In this document: piece after piece, positions 31,571 through 41,462 of the stretch
Layout of the letters: each line of letters starts with the position of its first letter
Position numbering within the stretch: position 1 is the stretch's first letter
Assembly: GCA_963667175.2 (NCBI GenBank)
Contig: CAXXXF010000015.1
Location: 128,001 to 192,000, forward strand
Origin: Candidatus Latescibacterota bacterium
GTDB lineage: Bacteria; Latescibacterota; UBA2968; GCA-2709665
Length of the DNA: 64,000 nt
Direction: 5' to 3'
Program-made: the position numbers and the translations under genes
The notes under the pieces: model-generated
The model's input: the letters and a program-made list of their open reading frames with translations, nothing else
Told to the model about the DNA's origin: nothing
Database searches by the model: none

Positions 31571-33979
31571 ATGTTTCATCGAATCCGGTCACGGGGTCCG
31601 ACTCTCGTCCTGTTAATCTGTCTGCTTGCGGCATCCGGCGCCGAATCATCGGCCGGCGATTTCAGGCTCACGATTCTGCACAACAATGACGGCGAATCCC
31701 AGTTGATAAACGCAGGCGAAGGGTTGGAGGACTTTGGCGGCGTGGACCGATTCAAGGCGCTTGCAGACCGGCTTAAGGCCGAAGCGCGGATGGACGGCGG
31801 CGTGATCATGGTCTCGTCGGGGGATAACTTTCTCGCCGGCCCGGAATTCTACGTCAGCCTCCGGCGCCCCGAACCCGCCCCCTTCTACGACGCCCTTGCG
31901 ATGGACCTGATCGGGTACGACGCCGTATGCATCGGCAACCACGACTTCGACTTCGGACCGGACGTCCTGGCCAGGTTCATTTCCGGGTACAGCCTCACCC
32001 GCCCGCCGTTTCTCAGCGCCAACCTCGGCTTCGGGGACGAACCGGAACTGGCCGGTCTCGTCGCTTCCGGCCGGATTGCCGGGAGCACGGTCGTCAGCGT
32101 CGACGGCGAACACATCGGCATCGTGGGCGCCACCACCCCCGACCTGGCGTTCATCTCCAGTCCACGAAACGTGAGGCTGGACGGCCGGCTGCGGGAAGCC
32201 ATCCAGGCGGAAGTGACCGGGCTGGCGCGACGCGGCGTGAGTATCATCATTCTGATCAGCCACCTCCAGTCCATCAACAACGATCTGGAACTCGCCAGGC
32301 AATTGCGGGGCGTGGACGTGGTGATCGCGGGCGGCGGCGACGACGTCCTGGCAAATCCAGGCACGCGTCTTATTCCCGGCGACGAAGCCGAGATTTCCGG
32401 ACCGTACCCGATACTCGAACAGAGCGCTGATGGAAACGACGTCCGCGTTGTTAGCACCGCGGGGAATTATCGTTACGTTGGACGGCTCGTGGCCGGTTTC
32501 AATGCTGCCGGCGTCATTACGTCAATCGACCGGGACGCCAGCGGTCCGGTGCGGGTGGCCGGCGGCGATCAGCCGGATGCCGTAGACCCCGACGTCGAGG
32601 TCCGTAACCGTGTCGTCGCCCCGGTCATCGATGCCCTTGCTTCCCTTTCTTCCAACCCGGTGGGAACGTCGAGCGTTGTGCTCGACGGCGTGAAGAGTAG
32701 AATTCGAACCCGGGAGACCAATGAAGGCAACCTGGTGGCCGACGCCCTCCGGTGGCAGAGCGCACGGCTTGCATCGTCGTTCGGCGTTCCCGTTCCACAG
32801 GTCGGCATCGTGAACGGAGGGGGAATACGCAACGCCAGCGAAATTCCCGCCGGCGCACTATCCGAACTCACGACCTTCGATATGTTGCCATTTCCCGACT
32901 TCGTCGCCGTCGTGCCCGCCGTTCCCGCAACACAATTCAGGGAAATCATGGAAAACGCGGTCTCCAAGGTAGAAGACGCCTCGGGGCGATTCGCCCAGAT
33001 TTCGGGCTTCACGATGGTCTGGAATCCCGACGGCGTCGCCCAGGAACTGGATGAGAGCGGAAACGTCAAGCGACGCGGCGGCCGGATCGTGAATATTACC
33101 CTCGACACGGGCGCCGGCATCGTCGAAAACGGAAACGTCGTATCCGGCGCGCCGGACATTCACGTGGCAACCGTCGACTTTCTCGCCAGGGGCGGCGACC
33201 AGTACCCCTATCGGGGCGCCCGCTCCACGCGTCTGGGCGTGACCTACCAGCAGGCGCTTGTCAACTTCATCAGGGAAGCCCTCGGCGGCCGCATCACGGC
33301 GGCGGCTTATCCGGCAGGGGGACATGGCCGGATTGCCACCGGACAACCGGCGCCGACGGACCGCCCGAACGTCCGCAATCGTTCTGTCGTACACGTCTTC
33401 CTCACGGGAGACGGCGGGCCTGTACCGGACGCCCGGGTCGAATTCTCCCGTTCCGTCTCCGGCCGTGCGAAGGTCTACAGGTGGAGAGGAACGACCGATG
33501 CCGAAGGCCGCGCCACAATAGAAATCCGACCTGAAAACCGCCGAAGCGTCTCGGGCTACTACGCGGTCCGGGCGGTGGATATCGCGGGCCATGCGTTCTC
33601 CAGTTGGGAGAGCGTCCCGATCAACAGCGGGCGGGAAATCACACTCCTCCTGTCGGTGGGCGGCGTCGCCCGCGTGGAAGAGGAACAACCGCTGGCCGCG
33701 GAGACCCTGGCGCTTTACCCGAACGCCCCCAACCCGTTCAACCCGTCCACCCAGATTGTCTATCGGATCCCTGAGCCCGGGCAGGTCGACCTCAGGGTCT
33801 ACAACCTGCTGGGCCAGCAGGTCCGGGTTCTGGTACGGGATCACCAGGAACCGGGCCGGTACGAGGTCCCGTGGGACGGAAGGGACGGGTTCGGGCGTTA
33901 CGTTTCCAGCGGCGTTTATTTCTATCGACTGGCGCATCCGGCCGGCACACACACCAAACGCATGCTCCTGGTCAAGTAA
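31571..33979 (+). CDS. Secreted 5'-nucleotidase/metallophosphoesterase with C-terminal FlgD/T9SS-like domain
   Basis: Signal peptide, LHNNDGES, SSGDNF, IGNHDFD, NGGGIR; C-terminal PNPFNPST..YNLLGQQV..SGVYFYRL; GGAGG RBS. Confidence 0.88.
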   Translation: MFHRIRSRGPTLVLLICLLAASGAESSAGDFRLTILHNNDGESQLINAGEGLEDFGGVDRFKALADRLKAEARMDGGVIMVSSGDNFLAGPEFYVSLRRPEPAPFYDALAMDLIGYDAVCIGNHDFDFGPDVLARFISGYSLTRPPFLSANLGFGDEPELAGLVASGRIAGSTVVSVDGEHIGIVGATTPDLAFISSPRNVRLDGRLREAIQAEVTGLARRGVSIIILISHLQSINNDLELARQLRGVDVVIAGGGDDVLANPGTRLIPGDEAEISGPYPILEQSADGNDVRVVSTAGNYRYVGRLVAGFNAAGVITSIDRDASGPVRVAGGDQPDAVDPDVEVRNRVVAPVIDALASLSSNPVGTSSVVLDGVKSRIRTRETNEGNLVADALRWQSARLASSFGVPVPQVGIVNGGGIRNASEIPAGALSELTTFDMLPFPDFVAVVPAVPATQFREIMENAVSKVEDASGRFAQISGFTMVWNPDGVAQELDESGNVKRRGGRIVNITLDTGAGIVENGNVVSGAPDIHVATVDFLARGGDQYPYRGARSTRLGVTYQQALVNFIREALGGRITAAAYPAGGHGRIATGQPAPTDRPNVRNRSVVHVFLTGDGGPVPDARVEFSRSVSGRAKVYRWRGTTDAEGRATIEIRPENRRSVSGYYAVRAVDIAGHAFSSWESVPINSGREITLLLSVGGVARVEEEQPLAAETLALYPNAPNPFNPSTQIVYRIPEPGQVDLRVYNLLGQQVRVLVRDHQEPGRYEVPWDGRDGFGRYVSSGVYFYRLAHPAGTHTKRMLLVK

Positions 33980-34163
33980 CGATCGGCACAGACCTGACGC
34001 ACAGTCAAAGAACCGGGCGATCGACGTGCTGATCGCCCGGTTCAATTTGCAGAGACCACGCGGACTGGTTTGCCACGGGCATCTCCCGGGTTGGATGTGA
34101 ACGCCGGGCGGCCCTCGTGCACGCCACGTCGGACCGTCGACTTCCTTCCGGACTTCTGTTCAC

Positions 34164-34192
34164 TTGACGAAGCAGACCATTTCCGGTATATT
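34164..34192 (+). promoter_or_regulatory. Sigma70-type promoter
   Basis: TTGACG-17-TATATT upstream of the RAPP leader ORF. Confidence 0.6.
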
Positions 34193-34237
34193 TTGGTTCT
34201 ATCCAAGTTCGTTCTGCGCTGATCTGGAGACCGCAGG

Positions 34238-34531
34238 ATGTTTTTTTCCACCGGACGGATTCATCCGGTTGTTCTTTTCGCGGTGGCGATATTCGCGGCC
34301 TACCTCGCGGTATTCCTGCTTGCCGCCTTTCCCGAACACGATCACGATCAACAATGTCACGATCACGAACAGTGTACGGTCTGCACATGGTTCAATAGCC
34401 TCAGCGTCGTCTTGCCGGCAATATTGGCGGTGCAACTTTGCTTTCTTTATTTCCGGCAGTTCTTCTCCTCGTGTCGCGCACCGCGCAATTCCTTCCTGCT
34501 TCCCGATGGCCGCGCACCTCCCGCGTCCTGA
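34238..34531 (+). CDS. DUF2946-like metal-sensing leader peptide with C-terminal RAPP motif
   Basis: N-terminal hydrophobic segment, EHDHDQQCHDHEQCTVC, ends GRAPPAS; upstream of lipoprotein and TBDR. Confidence 0.75.
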   Translation: MFFSTGRIHPVVLFAVAIFAAYLAVFLLAAFPEHDHDQQCHDHEQCTVCTWFNSLSVVLPAILAVQLCFLYFRQFFSSCRAPRNSFLLPDGRAPPAS

Positions 34532-34550
34532 TCCATCCTCCCGTGTCTAA

Positions 34551-34729
34551 CAGCCCGTTGAAAAAGCCCATCCGGGCTACGTCCGGCCCTTGTGGCCGAA
34601 TAACTGCGTTGCCTGCCTGCGGCAGGCAGGCGCTCCCTCCCCGAATCCAGGGATTCGCGTCGGTCGCGCGCCTTGTCTTCGGCCACAATGACTCGGCCTC
34701 GCCTGCAGAGCGACTTTTTCAACGGACTG
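34551..34729. mobile_element. MITE family A (179 bp)
   Basis: TIRs CAGCCCGTTGAAAAA / TTTTTCAACGGACTG; flanked both sides by CTAA; inverted copy at 45867-46059. Confidence 0.85.
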
Positions 34730-35042
34730 CTAAGAGACACGTCCTTAAACGTTACAAGGTCGTTTCCACATCAGTAACTCCGGCTTGGGACTTTGTCCGA
34801 ATCCGTATGAGCAGGAGAGCGGAACTTTCCCGCGCCGCGGCGGGCTTCAGTCTGCCGGGATCGGCATCGTGCCATCCTCCGCTTTCTCCGCAGGGCGTCT
34901 GCTGCAGCAACGGCAGGGCTGTCGCCTGAGGCGTCGGCATGGCGCCAATATGTCGTCAGATCGGGTTCAGGTCATGCACGCAGGCGGCTGCCCATGCCAG
35001 GTACGGGGTGCGTTAAATAAGCTCTTATACAGGAGAAAATCG

Positions 35043-36293
35043 ATGTTCAGCACGCTGAGAACGAAAAAACCGCATCACTGGATCGCAGCCGTAGCTGCAG
35101 CGGTCATTCTGGCCGGTTGCGGCAAGGATGACCCCCTGACGACGCAGGAAGAACACTATGAAGCCGAAGGCCTCGTGCTCATCGACGGCGGCCAGCGGTT
35201 CTTCCGCTATTTCCAGGGCAGGATCGACTCGGGCGACGGCCGGGCGGAAGCCCTGGAGGTCGCTCACGGCGAAGTCACCAACAAGTGGAGCATCCGCTTC
35301 CTGGACGAAGACGGAAACGAAATGGCGCCTCCCACCGGCGAGGATTTCAGTTTCACGTGGGAAATTGAGGACAAGTCCATCGTCGAAGTCGTCCAGGAAG
35401 CGGGAGAAGCGGGCCAGTTCGTCTTCGCCCTGCGCGGTCTGGAACACGGCGAGACCACCATCACGCTTCAAATCTCGCACGAAGGCCACGTGGACTTTAC
35501 CACACGGCCCATCCCCGTGCACGTGGAAGAAGAGTTTGAGGCGGAAGGGCTTGTCATCATCGAATCGGGCTTTCGATTCTTCCGTTATTTCAAGGGAGAA
35601 ATCGACTCTGGCGAGGGCCGTGCGGAAGTCCTGGAAGCGCCGATCGGCATGACGCCTCACTGGCGCATCATGTTCCTGGACGAACACGGCGATGAAATAG
35701 ACCCGCCGGACGATCCCGAGTTCACCTTCGGCTGGACCATTGCCGATCCCGACATCCTCGAAGTCGTCCAGGACGAGGGGGACGAGGGTTCGTTCGAATT
35801 CCACCTGCGCGGCTTGCACGAGGGCGAAACCACCATTGTGCTTAAGGTCGAACACGACGGACACACGGACTTCAGCACCCAACCCATCCCCGTGCACGTG
35901 GAATCACAAGAGGGGCAACACGAGGAACCCGTGGGCGTGCGGCTCAAGGAGGAAGACAGCGGTGAGTTGCTCACGCAGGCGCCCTTAAAGGGAGAGGGTT
36001 CAGCCACCGAAGACCTGACGGTTGCCGCAGGCGACACCACCGACCACATCGCGACCGTCTTCTTTGACGAACACGACGTTGAGTTCCAGCCCGAAGCGCC
36101 CGACCATACGCTGGGCATTGCGGTGGCCGACACCTCGCTGCTCGGTATCGACCCGCCTGCAGCGCCCGAATACTGGGCTTTCAGGCTCATTGGCAAAAAG
36201 GCCGGCGCCACCACCATCGCGCTTTCCATTCTCCACGACGGAGAGACGGAGGAAGAGTTCGCGCCGGTCTCCGTGACGATCACCGCGCCGTAG
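35043..36293 (+). CDS. Acidic lipoprotein with three Ig-like repeats (HxGHxDF), putative metal-binding TBDR partner
   Basis: Lipobox ILAGC; AGGAG RBS; two clear ~125-aa repeats ending SHEGHVDF and EHDGHTDF, plus a diverged third. Confidence 0.8.
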   Translation: MFSTLRTKKPHHWIAAVAAAVILAGCGKDDPLTTQEEHYEAEGLVLIDGGQRFFRYFQGRIDSGDGRAEALEVAHGEVTNKWSIRFLDEDGNEMAPPTGEDFSFTWEIEDKSIVEVVQEAGEAGQFVFALRGLEHGETTITLQISHEGHVDFTTRPIPVHVEEEFEAEGLVIIESGFRFFRYFKGEIDSGEGRAEVLEAPIGMTPHWRIMFLDEHGDEIDPPDDPEFTFGWTIADPDILEVVQDEGDEGSFEFHLRGLHEGETTIVLKVEHDGHTDFSTQPIPVHVESQEGQHEEPVGVRLKEEDSGELLTQAPLKGEGSATEDLTVAAGDTTDHIATVFFDEHDVEFQPEAPDHTLGIAVADTSLLGIDPPAAPEYWAFRLIGKKAGATTIALSILHDGETEEEFAPVSVTITAP

Positions 36294-36490
36294 CAGAAAA
36301 CGCGGCGGGAGGGTTCTTCTCGCCCTCCCGCCCCTCTCCGGGTCAGGCTACGTCCCCATAGGCGTATAACCGACCCGGCGCTTTGGCATTTCGCAGGCAT
36401 GTCCGCAAATCCGAAGTTCGTCCGCCGCGCAGGCGGTTGCCCACGCGGAATTCGGGGCGAAGTGAGATTTCCATATACAGGAGGACATGA

Positions 36491-38737
36491 ATGTCCAGCA
36501 CGCTGAAAGCGAAAACACCCAATCCATGGATAGCCACGGCAGGCGTTCTTGCCGTGTTCCTGTCCGTGTCCTGTCTGGCCGGGCTCAGCTCGGCCGCTCA
36601 GGCGGTGTTGATCGAAGGGTATATCTTCGACAGCGAGTCCGGACTCCCCATCCGGAACGTGAACGTCCAGCCCGCGGAACCCGCCGCGGGCACGTCTACC
36701 GACGAAAAAGGCCGGTTCGTGCTTCACCTGTCTCCAGGTGTCTATCGGCTGTCCTTTACGCACGTCGGCTATCGGGAAATGCGCCGCGAACTGAACGTCT
36801 CGGGAACGAAGCATCCTGTTGTCTATCTGGAACTGGCGCGACTGGACCTCAAGCTGGATCCCATCGACGTCGTGGCCAAACGCGCTGAAACCCGGTTTGA
36901 CGAACTCAAGCAGGCAACCCGCGTGCTTTCGGGCGACGAACTCAAGAAGAAATATAGCATGACGTTGGCCGAGACCATGAAAAACGAACTCGGCGTGGCC
37001 ATCCGCAGCATGGGTCCGGCGCCCGCCCGGCCGGTCATCCGCGGCCTCAGCGGGGACCGCGTCCAGATCAACGTCGACGGCATCGAGTCCCAGGACCTCT
37101 CATCCACGTCCTCGGACCACGCGGTCACGGTGGAGACGTTCAACGCGGAACGCCTGGAAATCATCCGCGGACCCCGCACGCTGCTCCACACGACCACGGC
37201 CGGCGGCGGCGTCATCAACGTCGTCAAGCACAAGATTCCGGAAACGCGACCACGGCGTTTCTTCGGAAGCGTCGGCGCCTATGGAGAGACGGTCAACCGG
37301 GGCTATTTCTCGTCCGCCGCCCTCACCGCGCCCCTCGGGCCGTTGGCGCTTTACGCCGAATCCACGTACCGGGATACCAGGGACATCCGGACCCCGGTCG
37401 GCAGACTCGCCAATACCCCCATCAACACCAATACATATACACTCGGCATGTCCTATGCGGGCGACCTGGGCTACTTCGGGGCTTCTTTCGATCAGTTCGA
37501 AACGCAATACGGCATTCCGGGCGGATTCATCGGCGCCCATCCCAACGGCGCGGACCTCGATATCGTGCGGCGGGTCTTCGACGGGAAGGCGGTCTATCGG
37601 TTCGACGGCCTTAAGATAGACCGGGCCGAGGTAGGTTTCGCCAGGGCCTATTACTACCACGTCGAGTACGAGTCCAGCGGCAGCATCGGATCCGAGTTCC
37701 TCTTTCATGACTACAGCGGTGAACTCAAACTCTACCTGAACCCGGGAGATCAGGAACACAACACCGTTCTCACCTCCGGTTTTCAACACAGAAACCTGAA
37801 ACTGGGGGGGTTTGTCTTTACCCCTCCCACGCGAAAGCAGGATCTCAACGTCGGGTTGTATCACGAGACGACCTACCGCAATATCGAACTTCAGGCCGCC
37901 GCCAGGTACAACTATACCACCTTCGACCCGCGCCTCACCGCGTTCTCCAACACGAGCCTGGACGTAGACCGCGCCTTCCATACCTGGTCCGCGGCCTTCA
38001 GCCCGCTCGTGCCGGTCACCGACCAGCTGACAGCGGGCATCAGCCTCAGCCGTTCTCAACGCGCCCCCACCATCGAGGAACTCTACAACGAGGGACCGCA
38101 CCTGGCCGCATTCACCTTTGAGATTGGCAATGTGGAACTCAACGCCGAACGCAGTTTCGGCCTGGAGGCCTTCCTCCACTTTCTGCAACCGGGCTTCGAC
38201 CTGGTCGTCACGGGATTCTGGAACGAGTTCGGCAATTACATCGTGCCTCGAAATACGGGAAAAATCAACTATTCGAAGCTCCTCCCCATCTACGCCGCCG
38301 ACGGCATCGACGCGAGAATGCTGGGCGTGGAAAGCCACATGAAGTGGCGTCCGAACGCGCGCGTGGAACTGGAGATGAACCTGAGCCACGTGCGCGGGGA
38401 GAACCGGGACGAACGCATTCCCCTGCCCGAAATACCGCCGCTCAAGTTCGCTGGCAGCGCGACCTACAGGCACCCCTGGTTAAGCGCGGGAGGAACCGTG
38501 GAATGGGCCGCGGGACAGAAGCGCGTGGATACCTACGAAGATCCCACCGACGGTTATACCGTCTTCGGCGTTACCATTCAGCGCGACTTCCTCGCGAATC
38601 AGGCCCGCCACAGCGTTATCCTTTCCCTCGAGAATCTCTTCGACGTGGAATACCGGAACCACCTGTCGCGCGTCCGATCCGTGATGCCCGAAACGGGCCG
38701 CAGCCTGAAATTGCACTACAGGATGTATTTCTTTTAG
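36491..38737 (+). CDS. TonB-dependent receptor, ZnuD-like
   Basis: N-terminal carboxypeptidase-regulatory-like domain, RPVIRGLSGDRV, SSDHAV, EIIRGP, EELYNEGPHLA, C-terminal YFF. Confidence 0.88.
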   Translation: MSSTLKAKTPNPWIATAGVLAVFLSVSCLAGLSSAAQAVLIEGYIFDSESGLPIRNVNVQPAEPAAGTSTDEKGRFVLHLSPGVYRLSFTHVGYREMRRELNVSGTKHPVVYLELARLDLKLDPIDVVAKRAETRFDELKQATRVLSGDELKKKYSMTLAETMKNELGVAIRSMGPAPARPVIRGLSGDRVQINVDGIESQDLSSTSSDHAVTVETFNAERLEIIRGPRTLLHTTTAGGGVINVVKHKIPETRPRRFFGSVGAYGETVNRGYFSSAALTAPLGPLALYAESTYRDTRDIRTPVGRLANTPINTNTYTLGMSYAGDLGYFGASFDQFETQYGIPGGFIGAHPNGADLDIVRRVFDGKAVYRFDGLKIDRAEVGFARAYYYHVEYESSGSIGSEFLFHDYSGELKLYLNPGDQEHNTVLTSGFQHRNLKLGGFVFTPPTRKQDLNVGLYHETTYRNIELQAAARYNYTTFDPRLTAFSNTSLDVDRAFHTWSAAFSPLVPVTDQLTAGISLSRSQRAPTIEELYNEGPHLAAFTFEIGNVELNAERSFGLEAFLHFLQPGFDLVVTGFWNEFGNYIVPRNTGKINYSKLLPIYAADGIDARMLGVESHMKWRPNARVELEMNLSHVRGENRDERIPLPEIPPLKFAGSATYRHPWLSAGGTVEWAAGQKRVDTYEDPTDGYTVFGVTIQRDFLANQARHSVILSLENLFDVEYRNHLSRVRSVMPETGRSLKLHYRMYFF

Positions 38738-38810
38738 TCCCGAGCAGACAATCGAAGCAGATGCGCCACCCATCCGATGTTGGCAGCGTTGGTTGATCTC
38801 CGGCAATTCA

Positions 38811-38842
38811 AAGCCCCGGATCCAAAAGCCGATCCGGGGCTT
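38811..38842 (+). terminator. Hairpin/terminator after TBDR
   Basis: AAGCCCCGGATC..GATCCGGGGCTT followed by a T-rich tract. Confidence 0.7.
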
Positions 38843-38897
38843 GCACTTTTTATATTCAGGCTTTATCTTTCAGGGACAGAAAATCGTAACGAATACG
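38841..38897 (+). promoter_or_regulatory. Sigma70 promoter with candidate Zur-like box
   Basis: TTGCAC-17-TATCTT, then AAATCGTAACGAATACG resembling AAATCGTAATNATTACG. Confidence 0.4.
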
Positions 38898-38977
38898 TGG
38901 CAGATGATGGCAACGTGTGCCCGTGGGGATAGCGAGTAAAGGGAAGACGAACAGACACGACAAGGAAGGTTTCTCAG

Positions 38978-39916
38978 ATGTTGTCACACGAAGTTTTCCG
39001 CGAGCGGGCATGGCGGACCGACAGTATCGACGATTCCGCAGCCTGGCACTACACGCTGTCCGAGGATTGTCTTTCCAACCTCAGGCGCATCATCCGGCAC
39101 GCGCGGGGGCATACCGGACCGATCACGGAGATTTCCCTGCCGGACGTCACGTCCAATGGCTGCGGAGAATGCCTTCAGCCGGCACGTGACGCTCTGAGTT
39201 CTGGACGGGGGTTTGCGATCGTCGAACGGGCGCCTTGCGAAGTCGAGGATGCGCTCGCGATGTACTGGGCGGTCGGCAACTTCCTCGGAAGCCCCATGGC
39301 GCAGAATATCGAAGGAACGCTGCTGTACGACGTGCGGGACACGGGCATGGACGTGGCACAGGGCGCCAGGTTTTCAGTGACCAACGCAGAGAGCACGTTC
39401 CATAACGACAATGCCTTCGGCAAGCCGCTGCCCGACGTCGTGGGACTGCTCTGCGTGCGCACGGCAATTTCCGGCGGACAGAGTCAGCTGATCAGCGGCT
39501 ACGCCCTCCATAACGAGTTGCTGGAAAATCACGCCGACGTCCTTGAAATCCTGTATCGACGGTTCTATTTTGATCGTCGAGGACAGTTCGAAGCCGGGGA
39601 ACCGCCAACGTCTGAATTCCCCGTTTTTCAGTGGCACAGCGGGGAATTGACGCTCCGGTATTTATACTACTACATCCAGGTGGGTCACGAGCGCGCGGGC
39701 AAATCACTGACCGCGGATCAAAGAAGAGCGCTGGGCGTTGTGGAAGCGCTGCTGCGCCGCGAGGACTTCAGGGTGGAGTTCAATCTGCAACCGGGTCAGA
39801 TGCTGTTCACGAATAACCGCTGGATCCTGCACAATCGCACCGCATTCGAGGACCATCCCGACCCGGAACGCCGCCGGCATTACGTGCGGCTCTGGCTGCG
39901 CCGCCGCGGCCTGTAA
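38978..39916 (+). CDS. TauD/TfdA family Fe(II)/2-oxoglutarate dioxygenase
   Basis: FHND (HxD), NNRWILHNRTAF, RHYVRLW. Confidence 0.88.
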   Translation: MLSHEVFRERAWRTDSIDDSAAWHYTLSEDCLSNLRRIIRHARGHTGPITEISLPDVTSNGCGECLQPARDALSSGRGFAIVERAPCEVEDALAMYWAVGNFLGSPMAQNIEGTLLYDVRDTGMDVAQGARFSVTNAESTFHNDNAFGKPLPDVVGLLCVRTAISGGQSQLISGYALHNELLENHADVLEILYRRFYFDRRGQFEAGEPPTSEFPVFQWHSGELTLRYLYYYIQVGHERAGKSLTADQRRALGVVEALLRREDFRVEFNLQPGQMLFTNNRWILHNRTAFEDHPDPERRRHYVRLWLRRRGL

Positions 39917-39952
39917 TTGAGAAATTGGTATCCGTTTGCATGTAACCGGCGC

Positions 39953-40411
39953 TTACCCGTCCACAACCTCATAGGCGCCCGAATTGTACATATTCTCCCG
40001 GGTCTCCACCCGGTATACCCAGCAACGTCCATCGGTCGTCCCGCGGATCATCCGGTCGGCATAGTCGAACGCGAATTTGGAGGATGCCTCCATCCCGACG
40101 TTCGGCATCACGCGCAGGTCCACAATTCCCCTCCGGTGCATTTCCTCGAACAGCTCGCGCTCCGGGTCGTCTTCGTTGATCAGCATCGTGTGGTCGAACA
40201 TGTGCTCCAACCAGGCCTTCAGATCCTTGAGTTTGCCGAAATCCACCACAAAGTGATTCTCGTCCAGCTCGTTGCACGTAAAGTGGAACGTTATGACGCG
40301 GTTGTAGCCGTGGATGAACTGGCAGTGCCCGTCGTGATGCGCCTGTCGGTGCGAACACGGCAGATTGTGAAATGTCTTGGTGGACGAAAACCGCCCTTTT
40401 CCCCTGGCCAT
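39953..40411 (-). CDS. queD: 6-carboxytetrahydropterin synthase (QueD/PTPS family)
   Basis: CSHRQ..GHCQFIHGY, VVDFG, FDHTMLIN. Confidence 0.8.
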   Translation of the reverse strand: MARGKGRFSSTKTFHNLPCSHRQAHHDGHCQFIHGYNRVITFHFTCNELDENHFVVDFGKLKDLKAWLEHMFDHTMLINEDDPERELFEEMHRRGIVDLRVMPNVGMEASSKFAFDYADRMIRGTTDGRCWVYRVETRENMYNSGAYEVVDG

Positions 40412-40517
40412 AGACCCGTCCCGCATCGAAGTCAGACTTGGGTGAACACCCTAGAAAATATCGATTTCGCCCACTCTGTCAAGGTTTCCGCACCTGAAGA
40501 CCGAAAGGAACGCGCCG

Positions 40518-41360
40518 ATGATCATTGACACCCACACCCACTTCTACAATCCCGGCCGACCGGAAGGGGTGCCGTGGCCGCCGCAGGACGACACCCTGCT
40601 CTACCGCCGCGTGCTTCCTGAAAACTACAAGGCCGTTGCGGTTCCGGAGGGCGTGACCGGCGCCGTGGTCGTGGAGGCCAGCGAGTGGTTCGAAGACAAT
40701 CGCTGGATCCTCGACCTGGCCGAAAAAGAGCCGTTCATCGTAGGCTTTGTCGGCAATCTCGACCCGGACGCCGACGCCTTTCAGGACCGGCTTGCAAGCC
40801 TGGCGGACAACCCGCTTTTCCGGGGCATACGCCTTCACAGAAACGAGGTCCGGACCGTTGGCGGTCCGCTGTTTTCCAAACTCGAGTTGCTGGTTCGGCA
40901 CGACCTTTCCCTCGACCTCCTCATCGACGTCGAGCAGCTTCATTCCGCCGTCCGAATTGCCGAGCGGCTGCCGGACCTGCGCATTGTGCTCAATCACGTC
41001 ATCCACGTACCCATCGACGGCAAGACGCCGGACCCCGAGTGGATCGACGGCCTGCACAATATCGCGCAGTTCCCGAACGTCTACTGCAAGGTGTCCGGCC
41101 TCGTCGAAACCGCCCGACAACGACCCGCTCCTCCCGAGTTGAACTATTATGCGCCGACGCTGGACCACCTCTGGGAGATTCTCGGCGTGGACCGACTCAT
41201 CTACGCCAGCAACTGGCCCGTGTGCGAACACGGCGCCGACTACGCGACTGTGCAGCGCGTCCCCATGGAGTATTTCAGAGCCATTGGTGAAGAAGCGGTC
41301 GAAAGGGTATTCTGGAAGAACGCAAAAGCGGCTTACAGGTGGCCCGATCGCAAGCATTAG
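40518..41360 (+). CDS. Amidohydrolase family protein
   Basis: IIDTHTHF, VLNHV, CKVSGLV, YASNWPV. Confidence 0.88.
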   Translation: MIIDTHTHFYNPGRPEGVPWPPQDDTLLYRRVLPENYKAVAVPEGVTGAVVVEASEWFEDNRWILDLAEKEPFIVGFVGNLDPDADAFQDRLASLADNPLFRGIRLHRNEVRTVGGPLFSKLELLVRHDLSLDLLIDVEQLHSAVRIAERLPDLRIVLNHVIHVPIDGKTPDPEWIDGLHNIAQFPNVYCKVSGLVETARQRPAPPELNYYAPTLDHLWEILGVDRLIYASNWPVCEHGADYATVQRVPMEYFRAIGEEAVERVFWKNAKAAYRWPDRKH

Positions 41361-41462
41361 CAAATCACGAGGCGACGGGAACGCGCCGCGCGGACGGTCC
41401 TGCCGGGGACCGGATCTTTCGTCAGGGCTCTATTGTTCGTCCGGCCGGTTCGCGGACAGACG

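Noticed and set aside
34785-35042. N-terminal extension of the lipoprotein ORF as given in the track (similar for 31445, 47323, 20502, 62511)
   Set aside because: Downstream ATGs have a clear RBS and, where relevant, a signal peptide; the extensions run through non-coding or repeat DNA
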